A stretch of 50,977 nucleotides of DNA from Hydrurus foetidus (lineage: Eukaryota). Position 1 is the stretch's first letter. Every line of letters begins with the position of its first letter. Of this stretch, positions 31,641 through 44,139 are shown one piece after another. The stretch covers positions 1 to 50,977 of the forward strand of contig UYFQ01000077.1 in NCBI GenBank assembly GCA_900617105.1. Reading direction: 5' to 3'. The notes under the pieces were generated by a model. It was not told where the DNA came from. It did no database searches and worked only from the letters and a program-made list of their open reading frames with translations. The position numbers and the translations under genes are program-made.

Positions 31641-33905
31641 ATGCGATGCCCTTACTCGTATCCGTCATGTATGGAGACTCATTTCCCGACCTCATTGTTT
31701 TACGTAGTCGTGGAAAGCATGAGGCAGACCAAGGCACCTTGTCCGGCCCAGCGAGAGTCGAGACCGGAAGTCCCGGGCGAGTCGGGGAGCGTTGAGGGAG
31801 TCGACCCTAATGGGACCGCACCCATGATCGACGCGTGGATTAGAGCGTGTTTCCCGGGTGGGTCCCCCACGAGCAAGGCGGGAATCGAAGAGTTGATAGC
31901 GGAGGCAGCGGAATCTGCCCGGAACGACTTCGGCGTGGAAGCAGCGAACGAGTGGGCGAACGGATATGTGTTCCCATCGGAGTTCGTAGACAGCGACGTC
32001 CGCTGTCTGCGGGCAGCTCAATTGGACTTCCGGAGCATGGTGGAGCGGCGATTGAAGATCTTATCGAAGGATCGCTTGAGTCACGCAAGCGTGAAGTCTC
32101 TAAGCCCGGAGAATCCTGAGCTGGTGCTGATGACTGATCTGATTGAGGGGATGAGGGTTGCGATACCCGAGGGCTTTGTACCCAACGGTCTCCAGGCGCG
32201 GTCGCCGCTGCGCGCTTCATATGAGGCGGTGTCCAGTGCCGTGAACAAGATGTTAGGCGCAGTGATCGAACAGCGTTTGGCGTTCGTGTTACCATTGGAA
32301 TTAGCTCAAGCCCATGTTCCAAACCTCCATTTGTGCAAAGCGCACTGGACGACGAAGAAAGGCAAGGCCTCCGGACGTCCCTTGGGGGACTTAAGTAATG
32401 TGGACGGGACCCCGCTTAACACGGACGCCACTGCCGACGCCGCCACCGCTTATTACGGCCCTATTAACCATCCGACCATAGAAGACATAGCCGTGATGGT
32501 CAACAAGTTTTGGGAGGGAGCCTCAGCACGTGACCCCACACTGCGGCATGAAGACCTTCGCCTGTGGAAGATGGACCTCAAGGGGGCGTACACCCTCCTG
32601 TCCTTCCGAGCGGAGCACGTCGGATTGTTCGGAATGCTGCTCACGGACGACCTTGTCTACCTCCAACTCGCCGGCATCTTCGGCTGGTCGGGGACACCAG
32701 CGGCCTTTCAGGTGGTCACGCGAGCGATCGCGTGGGAGCTTCGGTCCCGCCTTCAAAGTCACACGGTCATGTACGTGGATGACGTCATCGGGATCGGCTT
32801 CGCGAAGGACATCACCGCTGACCTGGCACTGACGAGACACATCTGCACTGCCCTCCTCGGGTCCGGCGCAGTCGCGGACGACAAGACCGAAGTCAGCCGG
32901 CGCCTAGATGTTATAGGCTATGTCATAGACTTAGATACCGGTAGAGTGCTGATAAGTAAGAAAAATTTCTTAACAGCACTCCACGGTTTTCTCAGCGCGG
33001 ACACAGCGGCGAGGATCAACCTGAGGACCGCGCAACGTTTAGCCTCATGGAGCACCCGATATGGCAAGATATGCCGGGTGATGCGCCCCTTCTGCAGCGC
33101 CCTCTACCGTCTGACATGGGGCCGGACGGACCCTCACGCGCTGTTCAGCCTGTCGGCAGAGGCGATTGTGGCAATCCAGTGTTGGCGGGCGATGCTATGC
33201 CTCGTACGGCATAGAGAAACTGAGTTCACGCGCTCCATCGCGTCGTTCGCGCCCGAGACCCCGACGGTGGTGGCTGAGTTCGACTCATCACTTAGTGGAG
33301 CCGGCCTCATCTGGTACACCAGAGATAGCGACGCAGAGGTGGCGATGGGTGTCGGCGCCGCTGATCTCCTCTTCCTCGATTTCGGTGAGGACTCTTCATT
33401 CCAGAACTTATCGGAGTTCCTGGGAGCGATTTTAGCTGTTCTAGGGCAGGTCGCACTTGGGTATCGGGGGAGGAGTGTGGCCCTCAGGGGTGACAGTGTC
33501 ACTGCACTGACTTGGGCCATTACTGAGAGGCCAAGAGGAGAGAGAGTGACAAAGGCTGCAATGGTGTTTACACTCCTTTGTATTGCAGCCGGTGTGGATG
33601 TGAGGGAGGTCACGCACATCGCAGGTACGGCAAATAAGAACTGCGACCGGCTTTCGAGAAGGGGCCGCGAACCCGCCATGTCGATACTCGAGGAGGCGGA
33701 AGCGATGGGAGTACGGGGAGTCAACGTCGTCGAGATCGACGGCGACGTGGACATCATAAACATTCTCAAGCTATGTGACCCTAGACGTGAGCTGCACTCT
33801 GAGAAGGACTTCATAGAGTTCTGGTCCGCAGCGAGGAACGCCATCGAATCTTTTTTGCGACGACACCCACCGTCGGCATCAGCCATCGGCTCGCGCCGTA
33901 GTTAA
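31641..33905 (+). CDS. pol: DIRS-type reverse transcriptase / RNase H
   Basis: MDLKGAY, FGWSGTP, YVDD. RNase H motifs EFDSS, NLSEF, RGDS, HIAGTANKNCDRLSR. Uninterrupted 754-codon ORF. True start may be a splice acceptor at 31707. Confidence 0.93.
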   Translation: MRCPYSYPSCMETHFPTSLFYVVVESMRQTKAPCPAQRESRPEVPGESGSVEGVDPNGTAPMIDAWIRACFPGGSPTSKAGIEELIAEAAESARNDFGVEAANEWANGYVFPSEFVDSDVRCLRAAQLDFRSMVERRLKILSKDRLSHASVKSLSPENPELVLMTDLIEGMRVAIPEGFVPNGLQARSPLRASYEAVSSAVNKMLGAVIEQRLAFVLPLELAQAHVPNLHLCKAHWTTKKGKASGRPLGDLSNVDGTPLNTDATADAATAYYGPINHPTIEDIAVMVNKFWEGASARDPTLRHEDLRLWKMDLKGAYTLLSFRAEHVGLFGMLLTDDLVYLQLAGIFGWSGTPAAFQVVTRAIAWELRSRLQSHTVMYVDDVIGIGFAKDITADLALTRHICTALLGSGAVADDKTEVSRRLDVIGYVIDLDTGRVLISKKNFLTALHGFLSADTAARINLRTAQRLASWSTRYGKICRVMRPFCSALYRLTWGRTDPHALFSLSAEAIVAIQCWRAMLCLVRHRETEFTRSIASFAPETPTVVAEFDSSLSGAGLIWYTRDSDAEVAMGVGAADLLFLDFGEDSSFQNLSEFLGAILAVLGQVALGYRGRSVALRGDSVTALTWAITERPRGERVTKAAMVFTLLCIAAGVDVREVTHIAGTANKNCDRLSRRGREPAMSILEEAEAMGVRGVNVVEIDGDVDIINILKLCDPRRELHSEKDFIEFWSAARNAIESFLRRHPPSASAIGSRRS

Positions 33906-34106
33906 GAGCGGGTGTCCATATCCCACCGTCCATCCCCCCCTGACCAGTCCAACACGCCATCAGCTCGAGTTCAACCCACACGCCTACCGGTCCGACACCT
34001 TCGAGAGCACCATCAAGCGGAGTTCGGCCCACAGACTAGTCCCACTTAACTGTCACTCCCCTTTATTCTTCTACCCCGCGAAGCCAACCTTCGTAACTAC
34101 ATCACA

Positions 34107-35315
34107 TTGTTGTATGTCGACATCATAGGGGGCAAGGGAGTGGTGTCGATCCAGAGCCGGCAGGAGCTGTCCCAGTTTATAGGGAGGTCGGTGTTACCCA
34201 ACACCAACCGAGCCTACGACAAGTGCTGGGAACAGTGGGCTTCTTTTGTCAAGAGCGAGGTAGATGAGGACGACCCTTTTGTGAGGAGTGCGGGGGAGGA
34301 GGAGAAGGCATCCCTGATAGGGATCATGATGATGAGGAAGCATGGGCAGGGCCTGCGAGGCAAGCAGGCGACTGCTTTCACGGCGGCCATTCGTCTGCGC
34401 TTCTCGCAGCAAGGTTTCTCGACGGAGTTCCTGAACTCGGCAGTGATCGCAACAGCCAGGGCTGCATGCAAGCCCACGCCGGAGGAGCTCAGGGAGAAGA
34501 AGGTCAGCGGAGTGGCGGCTAGCGTGAAGTTGCCGATCTGCGAGGGTATCCTGGTTGACATGAAGGCGAGGATGTGGACGGGACGCGGGTGGACAGGTGA
34601 CGACATGCGAAACCGTATGACCTATATCGGTTGCATGTGGGCGTTCGAGATGGGAGCGCGGGTGTCGGAGTACACCACCCCCGAGCCGGGAGGAACCGAC
34701 CACTGCATTCGCGTGGACGATTTGACCTTTATCGTTGTTTCCCCCAGCGGCACCAGGAGCATTTACGGTAGTCAACTTGCCGGTTTCAGACCGGCGGTCA
34801 GCGGCGCGGGCAGGCCCTACGTTTTGGAATGCAGGGCTACAGCGGTGACCTCTAAGGGGAAGACACTGGTCAAGCCGAAGATTGTCGGTCGCCGGTCGCC
34901 GGAGGAGAGTTGCTTCTTGGACGATCTAATGGATTTCATAGTGCGCAGTGGAAGCACGGGCAAAGATGAACTGTTCACCTTCCGCGATGGAGAGAGCAAG
35001 AGGGGGACGCTGCGGTCCAGGACTGTTAGGGACGCACTCAAGGAGACATGTGAGATGAATGATCTCGACCCCGATTATTTTAGCTCGCACTCTCTAAGGA
35101 AGGGGGCCATCACGGAGATGCGTTCGTTAGGTGCTTCGGAGGACGACCGGAGGGACAGGGGGAATTACGCGCCCAATTCGCAAGTGATGAACATCACGTA
35201 CGACTACGGCGCGGGAATCGGCCCGCTAGCCTCTAACGGTTTGATCGGCGGGCACAAGCCGACGATCGAAGATGTGAAGAGACTGATACCTCCAGCGAGG
35301 AGACGTGAGGGATAA
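34107..35315 (+). CDS. Tyrosine recombinase of the Ngaro-like element
   Basis: MGARVSE (R), TSKG (K), HSLRKG (HxxR), RGNY..YDY (Y). N-terminal T..AY..W..W helix. No ATG before the conserved N-terminal domain. Confidence 0.92.
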   Translation: MLYVDIIGGKGVVSIQSRQELSQFIGRSVLPNTNRAYDKCWEQWASFVKSEVDEDDPFVRSAGEEEKASLIGIMMMRKHGQGLRGKQATAFTAAIRLRFSQQGFSTEFLNSAVIATARAACKPTPEELREKKVSGVAASVKLPICEGILVDMKARMWTGRGWTGDDMRNRMTYIGCMWAFEMGARVSEYTTPEPGGTDHCIRVDDLTFIVVSPSGTRSIYGSQLAGFRPAVSGAGRPYVLECRATAVTSKGKTLVKPKIVGRRSPEESCFLDDLMDFIVRSGSTGKDELFTFRDGESKRGTLRSRTVRDALKETCEMNDLDPDYFSSHSLRKGAITEMRSLGASEDDRRDRGNYAPNSQVMNITYDYGAGIGPLASNGLIGGHKPTIEDVKRLIPPARRREG

Positions 35316-35369
35316 GGTGTGGACGTACCGAGGAGTCCTAACCGGGTCAGAGCCTTGGTGTGGTGTTGG

Positions 35370-35624
35370 GTGAAGGGAACTCTGACCCAAGGTCCGCCCC
35401 AGTACCCGCGCTTGGTTCGGAAGTCCGAACAGTAGGGGAGGGCGGACGGGTGAGTTTAAGGGCGCGAGCGCAGCCACTTTGTAAGATAACACTACATCCC
35501 TTTTCCATCGCGTATTAGTAGAACTGCTTACCCTAGGCGCAATAGAAGCCGCAGAGAGGAATGGCAAGAGAACATTCGGGGACCATTTCCCCTAAAGGGA
35601 CCCAACTCAGATAGCAGAATAGAA
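35370..35624 (+). repeat. Split direct repeat B1 (255 bp)
   Basis: Matches 36039-36294 except for one C in a homopolymer. Confidence 0.95.
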
Positions 35625-35955
35625 TCAAAGGATACCGTACGGTAGTATGGGTTCTCTGGAGCGGCTAGGAGCAAGGGCCGCTGACCGCTGTCGGCCCCTG
35701 GAGGGACGGCTGCGGAGGGGAAGAGGTCGGGGGGACGGGACCAGGGGCGATGACGATGACCGCGTTGGATTGACGCGCAGCGGAGAAGAGTTCCCCATGC
35801 TGCTGTTACGTCATGGATCTTTTTCGAATTATTATTTAGTATATTTTCAAATTATTATTTAGCACGCCCGTTGGTTGTCGACAAGCTTGATTGAGAGCGT
35901 CGTCTCACAACATTTTGATTAGCTTTAGCCTTCTTAGTCTAACGCATTTTTGTCA
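35625..35955 (+). repeat. Split direct repeat A2
   Basis: Copy of A1, directly abutting B1. Confidence 0.95.
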
Positions 35956-36038
35956 CCCCGTGGCCAACCAATCCTACGTTTTTATAGTAACAGTATAAGG
36001 TGTTGTGGAATGTTATCTGACCACTTGCGTGCCAGTTA

Positions 36039-36294
36039 GTGAAGGGAACTCTGACCCAAGGTCCGCCCCCAGTACCCGCGCTTGGTTCGGAAGTCCGAAC
36101 AGTAGGGGAGGGCGGACGGGTGAGTTTAAGGGCGCGAGCGCAGCCACTTTGTAAGATAACACTACATCCCTTTTCCATCGCGTATTAGTAGAACTGCTTA
36201 CCCTAGGCGCAATAGAAGCCGCAGAGAGGAATGGCAAGAGAACATTCGGGGACCATTTCCCCTAAAGGGACCCAACTCAGATAGCAGAATAGAA
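36039..36294 (+). repeat. Split direct repeat B2 (256 bp)
   Basis: Copy of B1. Forms the right end of the element. Confidence 0.95.
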
Positions 36295-36568
36295 CTGTCC
36301 AATCACTTATCTGTTACAGTGAATTGTGGTTCAAGCATCTAATACTGGTGAATTTCCTCTATTATTAGGAAACTTCGCCCAAAAGATAGGATAAAACTCT
36401 CGGAATAAATAAGAACTTGCATCTCCTATCAAGTACTACTTCAGTTACACTTGACAATACTTCATCTCTAAAAGCGAGCTGCAATCAGTTGTTGGCATGG
36501 TTGGTATGCCACCAGCACACTCATTGTCATCTGCATAGTGGCCAGTCAGAATGCAGCCGCCGGGAATC

Positions 36569-39500
36569 ATGAAGTGCTACTATGTGTATTTGGCATTCCT
36601 TATCCTCAGCAGATATGATATGTTTGATGGTATCTTATCGTTCCAGATGACGATTCCCCAGACACATGTTCATTCTAGATCGCTGATTAAGTCTGGCCAC
36701 ACCAGTCTCTACCGTAACGTAAGTTTCGTCAAAAGATTAATTTACCGCACGAATCACCTGCGATCTGACGAAGCGCCATCTGGATCCCTTGTTGAGCTTC
36801 AACTGACTACGCCCATATTAATTTATAATAGGGAATCAGCATAGGTGAAAGTGGGAAGATGAGAATTGTCAAAGTAACACTACTAATGACTTCAGGTGAC
36901 TCTGAATTGGATCCTGTGCCATCAGAAAGTTCTATCGATGACTCAGAGGAGCGAAGACCGCCGTGGTTTACGGTACCAATTAGATTGGTCCAAAACGTAT
37001 TTCGAAAGGACGAGGATCCCAAGCTATTGGCTCCCACTACAAGTCTGATGGATATGCAGTGCTATCAGCCGAAGGGTTTTGTAGGATTGACGATGAGAGT
37101 ATTACGGAGAAGGTTCTTCAACTTGTGGTCGAGGTCCCCTTCATCTTGGACTGAAGCGGTATCTCAAGCCGATCCTGCACTGCCCGGAACATTTGTATCA
37201 AGGAAGAGAAACCGACTGCCCGCTGCAACTCAGAGCGATCTGAAACCGAAGGGCAAAACACAGCGCATCAAAGATGCTGTACAGTCTATTTTGTCGTCAG
37301 CATCATTACCTGTGAGAATTGTGAAATCTAAAATATGGATAGAGGATCCACTAACGTTATACAGCGGAGATATATTCTCTAATTCTGATCGATACTCCAT
37401 ACAGATGAGTCAGTCAGAACAATTAGGAATATTCGGTCGAAGAGTGCGAAGTGCGGAGAAAGGTAAGCTATGCTAACATCAATAAATAAATAACAATCCA
37501 TCTTCTTCAACTCACTGGTCACATCACTTTTGATTTCCCTCTTGATTTCATTTTTCATTTTATTCGCTCTCCCAACAGATCAGAACAACGAGAATTCTGA
37601 TAGGAATCGACAGAGCTCTTTTCTAAGATTTGCTAAGTGGATTGATCGAAAAGATGAAACGTCTAGAATTCCAAGCGCGCTGAATATAATTGAGACTAAA
37701 AATGGAGAATCGCAAGGAACGTGGGGTATAGGCGGGTACTCAAGCGGCACAAGAGAGAATGTTAAAAGTTCTGATATAATCGATACAGAGAATTCCTCTG
37801 TTCCCAGTGACATTGCAAAAGCAGTAGTGGGCAGTGTCACAGAACTATCTGAAAAAGTTCGAGATGGTACAATAGGTTTTATCACGTATTTATCCCAGGG
37901 CGCACAAGATGTAATGGCGCCGCATATTGACGGCGCACTGCCTTTTCAAAGTCTGAAAGTTGGAGACACATCAATAGCTCCCGTTATTAAAATCGGGCCT
38001 GACAGAACACTGCCTATAATATCTAGTGCCTCTCATGCATCCTCTAGTGCTTTTAGTACGTCAGACACATCTTCCACTTCTCTTGCTGAACGTTCTGGGA
38101 GTTCTGGGAATAATCCTGAGTCGATTTGGAGGTGGATGATTCCTAACGAATACATAGCAGAGAAAATGGTGTATTTTAGCGATGCCGTGCAGGACAAACT
38201 ATGGAATGCAGTTTCCTATTCGCCTTTTACTCCTAGCGGCACAGAAGATTCTTTTGAGAATATTAAGAGTGACAAAGAAGATTCCTCGACTTTTGGATCC
38301 GTATACGAAGAAATCACAAAAACGTCATCACTAATGACGAGAGGGTTTTTCGAAGGAACTAGTAGTATGTCTAACAGTCTAATTGCTCTTGCTGCATCGT
38401 CTCCGTGGGATACATACTATAAAGGAGCAGTGCCATATTTTGAGAATAATAATATCAGCAGTGCTATAGGTGGGTTGGGAAATGATATTTATAAAGGTAT
38501 ATTAGGGGTTGGTGTGTCTGTTGGGCTTAGGAAAGATAATGTTGTCAGTCTTGTGATGGAACAGGATATTTCAGATCAGTCCAGAACAACTGTAGAAAGA
38601 GAACAACAAGGGGAGGAAGAAGAAATGGATAATACAGAGCAAATAATGGTTGTGAAGAATGCATACATCGATACTGCAAAAGAAGCCAGTACAGCCCTTG
38701 AAGTTATAACAACACCAAATCAAGGCAAAAATCGTATACGCGTAAGTGGTGGAAGAATAAAAGATGTGGTGATGAATTCTGTTGGTACAGCCACCAGAAA
38801 TATCTTTCCAGTGTCTTCTATGTTATACGGATATGCGGCAGACAAACTTGACAGATCATTAAATAATGTGAACAAGCGAAATAAAAGCAGTGAAGAAAAT
38901 TCGATAATGATTTCAAAAGATGTGAGAGATGAGGAGAGGATTAATAAACAGCGGTTAAGAAAGGCTTTGTCAGCAACAATGAGGATTGTTCCTATTCTCC
39001 GTGTAATTCCTTCCCTTACAAGATGGTCTTCAAACTCTAATCATGCCAGTAATAGCAGAAATAAAGGATCTGATTTCGAGACACGTCAATTAACGGATTC
39101 TGATAAAGAAAGTGAGAAAGAAAAGGAGAGGGATAAGGAAGTGCCTTTTGTGCACGTGCATGTAGGCGACTCGGAACGATTCTACGATTTGTGGAAGCAA
39201 GAAAGTAAATCAGAATCAATAGACGGGAATAGCAAATCGGGTGAGTCATCTTTTCCTTTTGACGAAGAGGCACTAGACACTGTGGCTGGAAACACCTTAA
39301 ACGCTAACAGAGGCGTTTTGGTGAAGGATAGAAGTGGAGCTACGGTGGAAATAGAATGTCCTGTTGGCACACAGGCAAGAAAAGAAGAAAGAGCTTTACA
39401 ATCGTATGATCCTTCTATAGTACCGTCAGGACGCAACAAAGTACCATTTCCTATGATGATTGGCGGGGATATATCGAGCAGTACGATGGATTTTATACAA

Positions 39501-42500
39501 CAGCTACGTCCTCCTTTCTTTCAAAACAGCAACAGTAATACCAATGGTAATGGTAATTCTGATATTGCTGCATTGACAAAATCACGTCAAGAAGATGACT
39601 CATCAATACTAGCTGTCAATCAATTTGCCCGACCTGCCACACCCTCTACCAGCTCATCTACTACCCCTTCTATACCCCCTAAAACATCCTCACCTGTCCT
39701 AGGCATACCATCATTGAATGCCACTTTTCCGTTTAATTTTCCTTTTGATTCGTTCAGAGGGTTTGGTGGACTGACATTGCCACCAGCAACTGTGAGAGAT
39801 ATCAGTGAAATATCTCTAACTGATGGTGAAGATCAACCGAGACAAGGGGACAACTATCGCAGATCTGTCTCGTCTGTAAATTCAGCTGTAAATTCTGGTG
39901 TGAATAATGATGACGTCAGTGATAAATTAGATATCAGAAGAGCACAAGACTTGAAAAACCGACCTATACTCTCTACAACGGACAGAGTACCTCTACCCAC
40001 CAAAGCAGATCTCTCTCTTATACTCACAAGACGAGTTCAAATAGCTGTTACTGCCGCACTATCTTTACAAACCCTTGCAGATGCAAAAGAGTATCAGAGA
40101 GAAATAGGCCTAAAGTCACTCATATCTGCCATTACTGAGTCACAAGGGAACGAGATTCAAGTGGGCAGCTTGAGGCCAAGTGGTATGAAGGGAGTGTGTA
40201 GATTGATTCGAATTGATAACACTGTTGCAGCAAAGATTGTTGCCGATCCGGAAGTGGTTTCGGCTCTGTGTGATTTATTAGAAGCGCCTTTAAAGGTATT
40301 TAGCGCCACTGTGTTGCGCGTTGTGATGAGATTTAATTTGATGTGATGTGAGGTGGTGTGATGTGGTGTGAGGTGAGGTGATGTGGTGTGATGCGAAATG
40401 GTGTAGTGTGGTGTAGTGCGTCATACTAGGATTTTTTATACGTTTCGTTTCATGTCATGCGCTTATCAGCAGTGACTGTCTTTGCACTTCATATAGTATA
40501 TTGTGTTGTGGTGTAATTTGGTATCGCTCTTGACTGCTAATGCACTTGTCACAACAATCCTTAACACACATCCTACTACATTAAATCATGAATGTTCCCA
40601 GCAACAGTCCATCTTGTCACTACGGTATACCAACATTCATTCCTACACTCAATACGCTCTCTTATATATACTTCTATAACAGGGTTTCCGTAATTTTCGC
40701 TCTCAAGTGGACAAGGACAGAGAATTGTCCGACCAACGAGAAGCAGTAGCGCTTGTACAACGAATCGTACGTAGCAGCGATGCAGCAGTGGAGATATTGA
40801 GATACAGTGTAAGGCTACGAAAAGCACTTTCTCAGGTAGCTGCTCAAGGGGAGGTGTTTACCTCACCTATGACCGTAGCGGAGCAACAAGAGAGTAATAG
40901 TATAGCACCTCTTTCTTCGCTAGCTGTTTCTAACGGTAGAGCGGGAAATGAGAAAAAACAAATTGAGAAGAAAAAACAAGAAAGAAAAGAGAAAAAAAGC
41001 TATGCCAACACTACTGTAGTGGAATATCAGAATCAAACAACGCACCAAATGGCACGTGTTGCGTCTTGGGGATTAGGAGGAGTGCAGTGGAAAGCGAAAC
41101 AACCGGGACAAAAAGGGTTACGGTAAATATGTGATTAGTGTTTTAATATTATTTATATTTCATTTCCAAGATTGTGCAGCAGGTCGATTTAACTCAATTT
41201 AATTAAATTAAATTCAATTCAATTCAATTTAATTTAATTTAATTTGATTTAATTTCACTGCCTCTATCTCCTAACTCTTTGTCGATATTATGATCTTTCA
41301 CTTCTTATTTGATGTTACTATCCATCGATGTCCGTTATTGATTATTTTCTATCTTCATTTTTCCGATCATGTAGGATATTGTCATTTGACGGGGGAGGTA
41401 CAAGAGGAGTACTGAGCATAGCGATGCTGAAAGAAATAATGACACGTATCAGCCCATCAGAAAAAGTACAGCCCTACGAATTGTTCGACATAATATGTGG
41501 CACATCGACAGGGGGGATAATTGCTGTTCTGTTGGGAGCACAGAGGAGAAGTGTGGCAGAGACGGAGGCGCTGTATGATGAGTTCATCGATAAGGTGAGA
41601 GAGAAAATCCCTTCCCCATCTATGTGTGGATCAGTAATACAATAAAGGAAGAGGAGCTGTGCTGTCTGACTTATGTCAAACTGATCAGTAAGATACCGAA
41701 TTTAATTGTGTGTACTACAAATGAAAAAAATGAGCTGTGGTATCTGCTTTGCGTCAAACTGACTGATGACATATTGTAATTAAACATTACGTTTCACCAT
41801 TTCTAATAGAATAACATCGCTTCTTAATGGATGATATTTATGATCTAAAAGTTTTCCTTATTTCATTTCACTTCATTTTATTTTATTTCACTATTTTAAG
41901 TTTTGTCATGAATGTTTCGATATTTATTTGAAACATTGTGAGTGATAATTTCTATACAATTTCATTGATGAACACTTCAACAACTTTTCAGGTCTTCGGA
42001 AAGAAGAGCAATATCAAACTTGTGAGTGAAACGGCAGCATACGATGAATTAGAATTGGAGAAGCTGCTGTACTCCATGTGTGGAGATGAGTTGTTACTGG
42101 ACAGCAACAGATACGACTGCTCGAGAGTATTCTGTCTAAGTACAAAGGTGAGATACGAAATTTATGTGTTTTTCTCGTATTTCATGAAAAAGTTGTGTGT
42201 GACAATTTTTTTTGCATTCTTTTGAGATATGGACTCTTTATCTCCAATCATTTTTTTCTTTCTTTAAAAACTAAGAGCTTATTTACCCTTGCAATCGATC
42301 TTGTGTATGTCAGGTGAATAATAATCCCCCTCAAGCTAAGGTGTGGCGTAACTACAATTACCCACCCGGCCAACGAAGCCGCTATCCCGGTGCATTCCGG
42401 ATAAATACAGTAACTGCTGTAAGAGCCACCAGCGCTGCACCAACTTTCTTCACACCTGTACAATGGGAACAGGGATTGTATTGTGATGGTGCGTTAGTGG

Positions 42501-43531
42501 CGAACAACCCCACTGCAATCGCATTGCAGGAAGCGAAGGTTGGTTTGTGTTATTGTACGTATTATATCACTTCAATACTTATCACGTGTACTTAGCAGTG
42601 GAGTATTTGTACAGATTATTTAATGTACTATTGAACGTACTGCTGAAGATACAGCACTTCAATTTATCTTTTTATTCGAAATGCTGCAGTTGCAATTTTT
42701 TGTTTCAAGAATACTGTTTTGTGTCGGACATTAAGCAATCCATCTCGTATGTAGCGTGAGCACAACTTCTACAGAACGTAATGGTATTCTATTCGCGAAA
42801 CTGTAATTGCTCTTGTGATAGTTTTCAAAATGTTACGTATTATTATTATCGTACTGCTAAAATTAACTCCATCATAAATATTGTCGGCAATGGTTTCTTC
42901 TTCGCTTGTCGATTACATATACATCACTTTTAACTCACTTACATATTAGTCACTTGCAAAGATACCACCTGCATACACGTGACTGATACATTAACCTCCA
43001 AGATACCAATTACATAAAGTTCACTCATCTACACGATACATCTACGAATAAAAGTCATACACTCTGAAAGGGACATCACCTACACACTCATCACATATGC
43101 ACTTATCACATCAATGCCCAACATATATACAAATGTAACATATACATATCAATTATACTTTCACTTCTATTTGTTAGGTGCTATATCCAGGAGTTCCTAT
43201 AGAATTGGTGGTATCTATCGGCACAGGCTTCTACAATAAAAACGAAAAACTACGTAGCATGGGATGGGATTTGTTAGTGAGTCAATTAATCGCATCTTCA
43301 ACAGACACAGAAGATGTGCACGCACTACTAAAAGATTTTTTACCGGAAGAAAAATATTTCCGGTTCAATCCGTTATTACAAGATCTACTTGCAATTGATG
43401 AGAAAAATAAAGCGGTACTGCTTGACTTAAAAAGGATTGCAAAGGAGACGTATGTTGGGATGGAGACAGGGGAAGAATCGAAACATGTGGAATTTTTAAT
43501 CAATACCTTGAGAGGAGGAGGAGGCAAATAG
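36569..43531 (+). CDS. Patatin-like phospholipase (PNPLA8/iPLA2-gamma-like) with a very long N-terminal extension; 8 exons
   Basis: DGGGTRG, GTSTG, ATSAAP, DGA, VVSIGTG, YFRFNP. Exons approx. 36569-36718, 36832-37462, 37579-40295, 40683-41121, 41375-41593, 41992-42147, 42314-42538, 43178-43531, with GT-AG borders. Signal-like N-terminus. Confidence 0.87.
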
Positions 43532-44139
43532 GTTGCTAACAAACATAACGATCGGAGAATCAAGACTGAGAAAGAATCGCACATATTCCATCGAGAAAAA
43601 GAGGAAGAGAAAAGCTAGTGAAGATAAAGAGAATGCGAAGAGGAAGAGAAAAAAGAAAGTGAGTTGAGAAAAAGAAAGATGGAGGCTTGCACGCTCGCCT
43701 TCAATTCATGTGAATGTTCGCGAAGGGAATTTCAGCTGATTAAGATACAAGATCATATCATAGCATATCCACCTACTGGCAATTACGGTGACAAAAATAA
43801 ACAGGCACACATTAAGAAAGACAGTATAACATCAGAATAAAAAGGAAACGGAAAAATCGGATAGGAATACGTACGTTCAGACACGCACTCGTACAGACAA
43901 ACATACACACGCACGAACACACCCACGTGCGCACGGACAGACTACGCAGTCTGTAACATAACTATCAAGAGTTGGAACTCGGAACTGTTTCAACTCACAC
44001 ATTCCATGTCTCATAGGGCACTGTTTAATATCGCTTCACTGTACAAATGCTCTCACTCTATACCGTATCGTACCGTACATGATCATATCGACAATACTCA
44101 AGAGTCCATCAAGCCTCAGTGTGACATGATGTGTGACAT

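Larger units (their letters stand above)
29284..36294 (+). mobile_element. DIRS-order tyrosine-recombinase retrotransposon with split direct repeats (Ngaro-like), near intact
   Basis: A1-gag-RT/RH-YR-B1-A2-spacer-B2 layout. Repeats near identical. No methyltransferase ORF seen. Higher GC than the flanks. Confidence 0.95.

Noticed and set aside
31692..34775. Several long antisense ORFs over RT and YR (e.g. 33134-33886)
   Set aside because: Expected shadow ORFs in GC-rich coding DNA. No motifs.
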